Positions 49,492 to 64,000 of a DNA stretch of 64,000 nt are shown here, piece by piece (positions within the stretch are counted from its first letter, which is position 1; the number at the start of each line of letters is the position of its first letter). Under the pieces are notes generated by a model. It had not been told where the DNA came from and made no database searches. It worked only from the letters and a program-made list of their open reading frames with translations. The position numbers and the translations under genes were made by a program. The DNA is taken from contig NW_005434667.1 in assembly GCF_000315625.1 (NCBI RefSeq), positions 735,061 through 799,060 of the forward strand, read 5' to 3'. This DNA is from Guillardia theta CCMP2712 (taxonomy: Eukaryota; Protista; Cryptophyta).

Positions 49492-51847
49492 TCAGTCCGA
49501 GAGCACATGGAACATGCGTACCTGAAGCCGAAGATGTGCTCCGGTAGCGTCGTAAAGATCGGACGCACCTGCGAGCGTGTTTGCGTTAGTAGGGAGTACG
49601 AAGAAGAGCAGGAAGATGAGGAGTGAGATAGGAGGGGTTGGTGTTGTTGGAGGAGGAGATCTCAGGGTACAGACGTCTCTTCCATCGTCTGAGCTCACCT
49701 GAAGGGCCCCTGGAACGCTCCTCCGGGCAGACAGCACCTGTAGCTGCACGACCGTCCCCTCCAGCCCGATCATCTTGTCGAGGATCTGCCATGTCATTCT
49801 GTGTCAGCGGACGAGGAGAGGAGGCGAAGCCCCAGCACATACCCCGATGTAGTCCAGCTCTGCCGTCCTAACGCCATCGACCTAGAGGCCTCTAGAGTAA
49901 GAGGAGCCCGGCAGCAGGCGAGGCAAATGCGTACAGCCATGAGCACGTCCCCTATCGCCAGCCTCCCATCTAAGAACGCTGGGCTGGAGGAGGTGAAGCT
50001 CAGGCTGGAGGTAAGCATCAATAGCTCGCATGTCACCTGCCCGGAGTCAAGTTGATGATCATGAAGGGGATGGTGTGGGAGATCTCGAGGCCTGGGACCT
50101 GATGATCAGCAGGTGAGATGCTCCAAGTCAGGAGCCTCACCGATCCCATGGCACAGAGGCAGCTCCGTCATCATAGTCACCGGCAACTCGTCCTAGGACA
50201 CGGCAAGTCAGACAAACATGGGAAGGACAGCTGTTGTCATGTACGTTTCTTGAGGGAGTTCTGACTAGAGGAGCCTCCGCGGACAACAAGGGAGAGAAGC
50301 TTGAGTTAGACTGGGGGGAAGCTCTCTGTTTCCATTTCCTCTCCTCCGCTACAGTCAATTTCAGCACGGACGATGTAATCGACCTGACACGTCACCGAGT
50401 TCGTTTTCAAGTTGAACCAAGAGAGTTCTCTGCGCTTTCATGATTGATTCCATCTTATCCAGCTGTGATGAGGTTATCAGAGGGCAATCAAAGTGTCCAA
50501 GTTTGGACCTGACTCTGCAGATCTTTCTTCTCTTCCTCCAGGAGCGTCTTTGCCATCTTCTCGGCTGCCAGCTCAACTATCGTTTGCAGATCAAAGGCTG
50601 ATCAGAGCTCCAACCATTCCCCATACCGAGAGTTTTGTTTTGAGAATTCGTCTCGTCAAGACTTATGATCGTTGTGTTCTCTGCGGATGAAACAAACTCA
50701 GGATTCCCCTGACTGTGTTCCGGTGTCAAAGGCGATCTGACCTGCTTTCACGCTTCTGCTGGAATTTCCTGGCACTCTGGCCTTTCCAAGTTGCAGTTCT
50801 TTCCTGCAGCAGAATTCAACACGTAAGAAAGGACATTTGGGGTCTGCACATCAAAGACTGCTCCCTCTGCAAGCTTTCAGCCAGGTCTCTTCTCAAGAAT
50901 TGAATGATCTGGCAGGAAAGGTCTCAACGGCCGGGAAGTGAATCCGGACATACCTGATGTAGCTCAGTCTCATGAGCAACTGCAGCAGCTCATTTCTTCA
51001 GCGTGTCATCACAACCATTTGCCGATTCTCACCATGCCGAATCAACTCAGACTCCAAGGACTCCGACAAGGAATTGAGGTAATTCATCTGCATCATCCGA
51101 GTCAGACAGGCTGTCAGCCCCGATGCTGCGCACATCTAGCAAGGTCTCCTGCTGCAAGGTGCTGTCCATTCCCACACCTTGAAGAACCAGGCAAGTCAGC
51201 AGAAAGGACCGGGGTTCGTCCGCTTGTACTCTGCAGAGCTTCTTCCTGTGGTTTGGGCTGAGCACAAGTTTCAGAATGGAGCAGTGGAGGGGTTGGAAAG
51301 GTCTACCCCGATGGCGCTTTGCAACGTTGAGCATGCCTGATGGGTATCACCATGATGAGACGATGACGCTTCAAGTGAAGTTGGTACCTTGGTTGCAAGA
51401 TCCTTGATATCTTTGTTCTGCTGATCAACGCGCGAGGATACTTTGTAACAAATTTCATCAGGTCATGTAGACATGCAACTAAAACATGCAGACCAAGGAA
51501 ACGATCACTTGCAACCTGATAAGTCAGCTCAAGGCACTTTTCAATATCCTGAACGATCCTGTCATTACCATGTTGTACAATCATCACCATCATACCGCAA
51601 ACTCCTTGGGGTTCCCCGACCGTTGGCTCTCTTGCTGCACGCGGAGGTTGTAGAGGCGGTCGAAGAGCTCCTGGAGGTGCAGCATGGCAGGGGAGGTGTC
51701 GCTGCGCAGCTCCACTTCGAAGACGTCTGCGTTCCTCTGGACCAGGAGCTGCTTACGTCATCAGGGCCCCGAAGACATACAGACGTAGCTCACTTTGATG
51801 TCCTCTGCTCGTTGGAGGTTGAAAGAAACGTCCTGATTTCCATTCAT
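49492..51847 (-). CDS. Coiled-coil + PDZ domain protein
   Basis: Spliced IPFMIINLTPG/SPAFLDGRLAIGDVLMA/VDGV...ILDKMIGLEGTVVQLQ is a PDZ fold. Ends uncertain. Confidence 0.6.
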
Positions 51848-52286
51848 CTCTACTATCCTATCACCGCTGTTTATAGCATCAGCTATATGTCAAGGGAGCA
51901 ATGTCTTGCCTTCTTAACTTCGCAGCAAAACCCGGCCCTCCTGGGATGACGCTTTCTATCAATGATCCGTTCAACACAAGCCCCAGCGACGCTGGGCAGT
52001 TCTCTTCTTCTTGCGTTGGGACTTTTTCCGTCTGCAAATGAATGCAATAAGACAAGTTTCAAACAGAACCAAGGAGATTCCAATCACCAGGACATCTTGG
52101 TTGATGCGAGCCAAGATAGACATGCAAGAGTTCATACTCTCCAGCAGCGCCTTGTCTTGTTGGCTCCTACTCTCAAAGTCCCCGCTGATCAAATGGTTCA
52201 GCATGGATGCATTTTTCATTCTTGGGGATCCGTATGGCGCTCCTACGCAGACGTCAGGTTTCTCGACTTTGATTGAGTAGCTTTTG

Positions 52287-52466
<180 letters not shown>

Positions 52467-52809
52467 ATCTATCCATCCTTCCTTCCTTCTCACACTTTTC
52501 GCTCAGCATTCTCATTTTCGACTATCTTTCAAATATTCTTGACAGGCGGGACTCCGGTTTTTGACTACAGAGCGATTCCGGACTGGCGAGCCTATATCTA
52601 TTCAGTATATTACCGGCGCCCGGCCGCCGACGGTATACGGCCGGCCCAGGCCCGGGCGGCGGCCTCGGGGCCCGACTGCCAGGACGAGAGTCTACTAGTG
52701 GCCTGAGCATTGAGAGCGGCTCTCGGAGGGGTGATACTAGGTTCTCAGTTTTTAACAAAAACATCAGCATTATCATCACATTCAGAGTCATCTCGATGCG
52801 GCTTCTCCT

Positions 52810-54812
52810 TCATATTGCGCACAAGATCTGAGCAAAGCATTCAGGAGCCTCCCTCGCGCAGACGGTGCTCACCTGGAACCGAGCCATCCTCCTTGGGCCC
52901 GACGTGCAGTAGTAGGAGACGTTAGCAAGGGCCGAGGCGGCGAGAGCTGCACATCGCTCCTGAGGGCTGGGGAGGGTCAGCAGGCTACTGAGCCTCCCCT
53001 TGCACGAACATGTACCTGTCTAACAGGCCGGTCATGGCAAGTAAAGCGCCCTCTTGCTGGATGATGATGTCCGCCATCTCCCTGTGCGTTTCGGTCAGGT
53101 GAGACCATCACAACGCTCATGATCTCCAGCACGCACCCTGACTTGGACGCCATCTTGAGGATCAGGGCGATTTCTCCTTTCAGTCTGCCAGGTGTCAGAC
53201 AAGGGATTTGACAAGCTCCTGCCGCCTACTTGTCATTCACCCAGTCCCAGCAGATGATGGCCACAAGCTTTTCAATCACGCTGCACCGCAACAACTGGAA
53301 GATGTCAGAGCAGCAGGGGGCGAGGGAGATGTCCTTGGCACCTCCGACTTGAGCAGGAGCGAGTAAGAATCAGGTTCGTCGCTCCAAAAGAGAGCCTCCA
53401 TGATCTCTTTGTCAACAACGAAGCATTGCAAGGCAACAACTGAAGCTGGGATTGTATCCATGTCCTGAAGTAGAGGATGAATTCTGTGTGGTATGAATGA
53501 AAGCATTTCTACCCGGAGGACGTAGGCAAGAGCTGGAACGATCCCACATTTGATCATGTCGATGCTGACCGTTTTCGTTCAGCAGAAAGTTGGGAATGAA
53601 TTGAGATGATACCGTGCTCTCTGCTGTCTTGCCTTCTTCTTGACGTCTTTGAGAACTTTGGTCTTTGATTCAACATTTCCTAAAAATTTCAATCACCTAC
53701 AGCACAATGAAGGTGCTCTGCAGCAGCAAGCATGTTTTTGACCTGTACAGAGAACATTTACGTATTCTTTATATGTTTCTTCAGATGAGGTTTCGCCTAC
53801 GAGAGACATCGTACATGTTATTCCAACATCGAATGATTCAAAAACACTTGATGGTCTACCTCGTTTCGGTGGCGATTCATGCGAGGATTGAGAAGTAGCA
53901 GAATGAAGGGACGGCGACGACATGGAGTTTGTCCACTCATTTTCACGATGCTTTTGATGCATGGTCGAAGTGTTAGCTTTTGTAACACTGCTTGATTGCG
54001 GAGAAGATGGCTTCAGTGGAGATCCTGGTGGCAAGCTCATATAGCCAGCAAAATCGTCTCCATTTCCTGGACAAACATGAATCAAACCGTGTCCTTCGCG
54101 CCTCCATGGTCCACAACCCGTGTTAGAATGGCTAGGAGGTTTGCCCACAGACAGTAAACCCTGTCTCCAGTCTCTATCGGACGACGCGGCGCCCACGCCA
54201 ACTATCTTGATCGGAACAGTTCGATTCGAGCTCACGTCCACGGCCAAAATCTGCAATGACTGATGAGTGGGCAATCCTCCAACAACCCCTTCCTCTAACC
54301 TCGTTCGATTTCTTGGTCCAACTGTTCTCATACTGTGCCTCTTGGTCCTGATGTTCCTGGTCTGACGTCGGAGAGATCGATCGGAACACATTCGGGCTCG
54401 TGGGTGAAGGATCAGAAAATGCAAGATCGTTTTCGGTTTGCTTTCTGTCCCATTCTTCCACTTCCGAGATGGAATAGTAAGGATCCTGGACTATGGCCGG
54501 AGCATCATCGAAAGCTTGGTCTGCGACCTTCAAATCACTTTCCGTTGATTCCCTGAGGAAAGACCCATTGCCGCGCTCAGAGACGTCGTATTGGTTGAAT
54601 CGATCGTGAAGGCTGGTATCAACTGGTGCAGCAAGGTCTTTCGACTCTTCCCAGGCATTTGTTTGATTCACACTCGAGTACTCCAAGGGAATGGAATGGT
54701 TGACAGGCTCATCCTCATCTATGTCGACGCTGCAAACCTTCGTCGATGGTGGCTCGAAATCAACTACATCATAACTGCAAAACATGATATCAGAAGACAA
54801 AAGATTGCCCAT
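52810..54812 (-). CDS. Disordered N-terminus + armadillo-like C-terminus; possible N-myristoylation (MGNLLS)
   Basis: MIKCGIVPALAYVL, VIEKLVAII, IIIQQEGALLAMTGLL, AALAASALANV are ARM-like helices; MGxxxS start. Confidence 0.55.
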
Positions 54813-56519
54813 GACCAAGCCCTCCGTTCCTCTCTGCCAGCTTTCTCTCTCACCCGTCATCTTCATTCTCATCCACCTGTACTCTCCTCCTCCTCAGCAG
54901 CGCTGCCAGTCTTTCATCCATCCCCCCAGCGCTCAACTTGCCATCGCCATACTCCGTCGACACTCCGTCGACTGCAGTAGTCACATCAAGTTGCCCATGC
55001 AGCTGTACCCCCGTCGAAAACACCCCCACCGCCCATTCCTCAGAATCTTACCAATGGAGTACCCACCAACTAGGAACCCCCACCCCACTCATCAGATGAC
55101 GTCAGACCTCAAGAGCCGAAGCCAGAACATAACCGTCAATCCAGGCACGTAACGGGCCGGGCCGCCCGGCCCAGGCTCCGGCGGGGAGCCGAGTCGAAAG
55201 GTGAGTAGCAGTCTGCTGACTGATCGGACAGTTGCACTTAGCTTCAGTGCTCAAAGGGATCGGAATCCTGGAGATGGATGTCCTTGACTACACGAATATA
55301 TGAGAGTCGGAGTTGGAGGGACCGTGATCGTCTGTCGGAGCAGTGAGTTATATGGATATTGCTTTGCTGCGAGCATTTCAAGATGGATGAGGATAACTTT
55401 ATTCATCCTTGGTATATCTGAAACCCCTTGCCAACAAGAGACAATACGAGGTTCGGGTTGAATCGCTCAACCTCGTAGATGTTGAGTTAAGAGTAACGCT
55501 GCTTGCGTGAAATTCAATATCATATGAAACATCGCCTGTCAGCATTTTGTGCCAACGGTGCCTTTACAGGGCAAGAGCTCCCTACAAACAAATGATGGAA
55601 TCCAGAATTGATACGAGTTGAGTCTCGCTTAAAACTTGGGAGTTCTCTTTCGATGAATGATCTACATGAATGTTGCATACATCACGTCATGACACGAATG
55701 TAGACAAGCTGTACTGTCTAACATTGTGAAGACCTCAATGGTGGTATATTTGAAACATCCATGGAATACATAGCAGCATTGTTGGGCATCCATATCACCA
55801 TTATAGATTCAATGTGACCATTCACTGGTTTGAAAACACTTAGAATGATTGTGGGAGTGCACATGCTTGATACAACTTCACATCTGGGCATGTGCCTGCA
55901 TGGCTAAATTCATTATCCCTACAATCCTTTACGCTTCAAACTTGCATTTATCCACTTTCATTGCTTGATATCGCAAATGAATAGATCTTATAAATTCGTG
56001 CAATGATTGTTTTATGGGGACACAACTAGGATTCAAGTGTCCTAAGTGTTATCAGTGTTTTAACTATAATTCATGAAATCAACCATCATCTAGTGTTATC
56101 ATGCACCATGCATGTTGAAAGGTATGGGATGTAAATCAGACATTGTCTGTAATCAGACACTGACTGTAATCAGACATTTTCGGAAAATGATTGTGGAATA
56201 TACGGATTAGAATCAACTGGAAGTCTCGCATTCCACTCTGAGATGTAAAAGTATGCAACAAGATATGAAGTACATTATTGTATCACCGGAGCTTGGCTCA
56301 CCAAAAATCTCGCAGCAAAAATGTAGAACATCTGAAAAATCCTTTTGATCTCCCTCGGACATCCTAAGGCTTCTTCCATTCTTTCTAGCCGATCTTTCTC
56401 CCTGTGACTGTTGAATCCTCCTTGTCTATCCACTTATCCCTCTCCTTCCTCGTCGCTCGATAACCCAATTTCTTCCCAGGATGAGCGGTTGTAGAAGTAG
56501 CCTGTAAAAGCCTTTATGC

Positions 56520-56880
56520 GTACCCCACCCCCGGGTTTCCACTGAAGATGTGAGGGGTGATCATTTTCGTCCGGTAGGTAGGGGTAGTTTGACTACCCCT
56601 ACCTTAGCCTGGGGATCGACCGAAGTTGACTGGGTACTCTAGAGAGGGTGGTATATGTCATGTTAGGGGAATGAGGGGAAGGGAATGAGGGGTCTTCTGC
56701 GGATCTGCCTCTTACTACCCACCCTTCATAGAGTGAACATTGTTGAATATCTGGGGTGGTATTTCAGGAAGTTGAGGAGTATATGGTAGGGTAGTTGCAG
56801 GGGACTGTGGGTAAGTATCCCGCAACCAATGAAGGGGTAGGACGATTCCTCGTGGGGTGGATGCCAGAAGGGGGTGATAT
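56520..56880. promoter_or_regulatory. GGGGTAG-rich upstream region with a perfect 13-bp inverted repeat
   Basis: AGGTAGGGGTAGT-ttg-ACTACCCCTACCT at 56576-56604; several other GGG(G)TA motifs upstream of the carrier gene. Confidence 0.45.
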
Positions 56881-57056
56881 GTAGATGGATAGTGTCATAC
56901 ATATTCAAATTACACTTTATCACTATTGGCAAAATTCCTCGCTTTGTAGGTTCCTGGGACAGATCAGCTGTGTTCTGATTTTTCTATCTTTCTGAGGGGG
57001 TGAAGGTAGTTGCAAGGTGGGTGGGGTTTTCGTTGTGGTACGCAGTGGGGGCTGGA

Positions 57057-58472
57057 ATGGTCGAAATGCAGCGACAATGGCGGCGGCTTCGGGGAGGCAG
57101 CAGAGCAGTCAGGATGCTGGGGATGCTGGCCATGGTGGCAGGTGTAGCAGGAGGATCAGTAGGAACCCTCCCCGCAGCTCCTTCCCCAGGAGTTGACTTC
57201 TCTGGGGTCGTGGAGGGCGTGAAGGAGTTTCTAAAGGGAGGAGTAGCCAATGGGTTGGGAGCGTTCTCAGTTTTCCCCATCGATCTCGCAAAGACTCGCA
57301 TCCAGGATCAGAGGATTGTTGCAGGAAGTGAGGTGATGTATAAGAACATCTTCGACACCATTGCAAAGGTCGCGTCCAAGGAGGGGATCCCAGCTCTCTA
57401 CAGCGGGGTAACCCCAGTTCTGATCGGTGCAGCTCCGGAGGGTGCCATGCAGATCGGAACGAACAACGTTGTTCGCAGCAAGTTGGCAGAGATGAGGGGT
57501 ACCACGATAGACAAGCTCCCTCTCTCTCACGACATGTTCGCCGGAGCATGCGGAGGTTTAGCTCAAGTTGTTGTCAGCACACCCATGGACAGGGTGAAGA
57601 TTTTGCAGCAAGTGATGGGGAAGGAGTCAGGAAATGCTATGCAGATTGTGCAGCAAGTTGGCCTCTCTGGGTTGTACCAAGGAGCCAAGGCTTGCGTGCT
57701 CCGTGACGTCTTCTTTGCGGCCCTCTACTTCCCCATCTACTACCGTGTCAAGTCAGCGTTGCAGGAGGTCGGATCCAAGAAGGGGCAGAAGAGACAAGAG
57801 AACTTGTTGGACGCTCTGGTTGCTGGACTTGCTGCGGTGAGCTCCTTCCTTTCCTTCCTTCCTTCCCTTCCTTCCATCCTGCCACCCTCGCCCTCCATTT
57901 TAGATCTGTCCTCTCATCTGCCCCCCTGCCGCTCCTCCTGATTGGCTGTCGATGTGCAGGGAGTGCCTGCAGCGTCGCTCACGTGCCCCTTCGATGTGAT
58001 CAAGACGAGGATGCAGTCCTGTGGCGTTGGAACGAAGGGCTGCGACGTAATGGTTGCCAGGTGAAGGACCGCTTTATTGCCGGCGCTAGGACGCTGACGT
58101 CTCTTGCTCTCCTCGCTGACATCTCGTTCTCCCAGCATCCGTTCCACTGCTGCCGAGCTATGGGCAGAGGGCCAGGCGAGAGCCTTTTTCAAGGGCCTGA
58201 CTGGACGTGTTGGACGCGTTGCTCCTCAGGTGAGGCACTCCCGGTCAAGGAGGGTGAGGAAGGAAGACGGCGAATAGGGACAGGGGAGGGAGCAAGGAAG
58301 GGGGCAGGGGGCAGGGGGCAGGGGGAAGGGGGAAGGGGGAAGGTTGGCACAGGAAGGGGGAAGGGCAACTGGCAGGGGCAGGGGCAGGGGACTAACGATT
58401 TCTTTCCAGCTCGCGATCTGCCTTGTGGTGGTGGAAGCGCTCAACATCGCGTTTCCTCCCAAGGGAAAGTGA
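57057..58472 (+). CDS. Mitochondrial carrier family protein, aspartate/glutamate-carrier-like, no EF hands, hydrophobic leader
   Basis: FPIDLAKTRIQ, IGAAPE, TPMDRVKI, ACVLRDVFFAALYFPIY, CPFDVIKTRMQ, RVGRVAPQ; three introns; ends PPKGK*. Confidence 0.85.
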
Positions 58473-58720
58473 TAGGGAGAAGACGGACAATATTGCATCA
58501 CGTCAGTTTATTTTTTGCAATGAAGTCTGGACGACGGAAGCGAGATGAAGCGTGTCCCGATGAGGTGATGTTAACATGGGCTGGCCGAGGAGAAGCGATG
58601 CGGCGATGGCCTAAACCAGGATGATGACGATGATGAAGATGTCGCTAGTGGAGGAGGATGTTGAGTAGGAGGAAGGATGGGAAGGATGAATACTCCTTGT
58701 CTGTCCTTCGGGAAGTTCTA

Positions 58721-63869
<5,149 letters not shown>

Positions 63870-63969
63870 NNNNNNNNNNNNNNNNNNNNNNNNNNNNNNN
63901 NNNNNNNNNNNNNNNNNNNNNNNNNNNNNNNNNNNNNNNNNNNNNNNNNNNNNNNNNNNNNNNNNNNNN
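63870..63969. other. Assembly gap (100 N)
   Basis: Run of N. Confidence 1.
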
Positions 63970-64000
63970 GCAGTTTGGGAGAGGGGAAGGAGGAGAGGGG

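Noticed and set aside
57078-57100. RRLRGG in the second carrier as a third LRGG-leader case
   Set aside because: It lies before the hydrophobic segment, not after it, and may be untranslated if the start is the ATG at 57114. ELRGGG near 24870 is likewise part of an RG-rich tract.

Overview
Gene-dense eukaryotic nuclear DNA with many short (about 45-60 nt) GT-AG and GC-AG introns, so the ORF track fragments most genes; the gene models below were spliced by eye. Short introns plus bipartite signal+transit leaders (e.g. ASS|F) suggest an alga with a red-derived complex plastid, most likely a cryptophyte such as Guillardia (inference). About 23 protein genes lie almost entirely in head-to-head pairs. 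They include an EGF-repeat protein with an embedded YHYH domain, a 2xMATH/FYVE-like protein, a guanylate kinase-UMP/CMP kinase fusion, a multi-CH protein, an intron-rich D-Ala-D-Ala carboxypeptidase (S11), a WD40-RCC1 protein, a RING-H2 ligase, an ANK-cNMP-LRR protein, two mitochondrial-carrier-family proteins, Acinus, DCC1, a signal-peptide-bearing 2xHMG-box protein, a glutaredoxin-peroxiredoxin fusion, IQ, PDZ and ARM proteins, and a partial ABCC transporter ending at an N gap. Four items stand out. (1) A 2.3-kb DNA transposon with 15-bp TIRs, a perfect 9-bp TSD and a spliced, apparently internally deleted P-like transposase. (2) A ubiquitin-tail-like LxLRGG/LRxLRGG motif closing the leader of two unrelated signal-peptide proteins, one a chromatin protein. 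(3) Two classes of intergenic elements at divergent gene starts (GGGGTAG clusters versus CCGG islands). (4) Unusual enzyme fusions. No rRNA, tRNA or CRISPR array was recognised.
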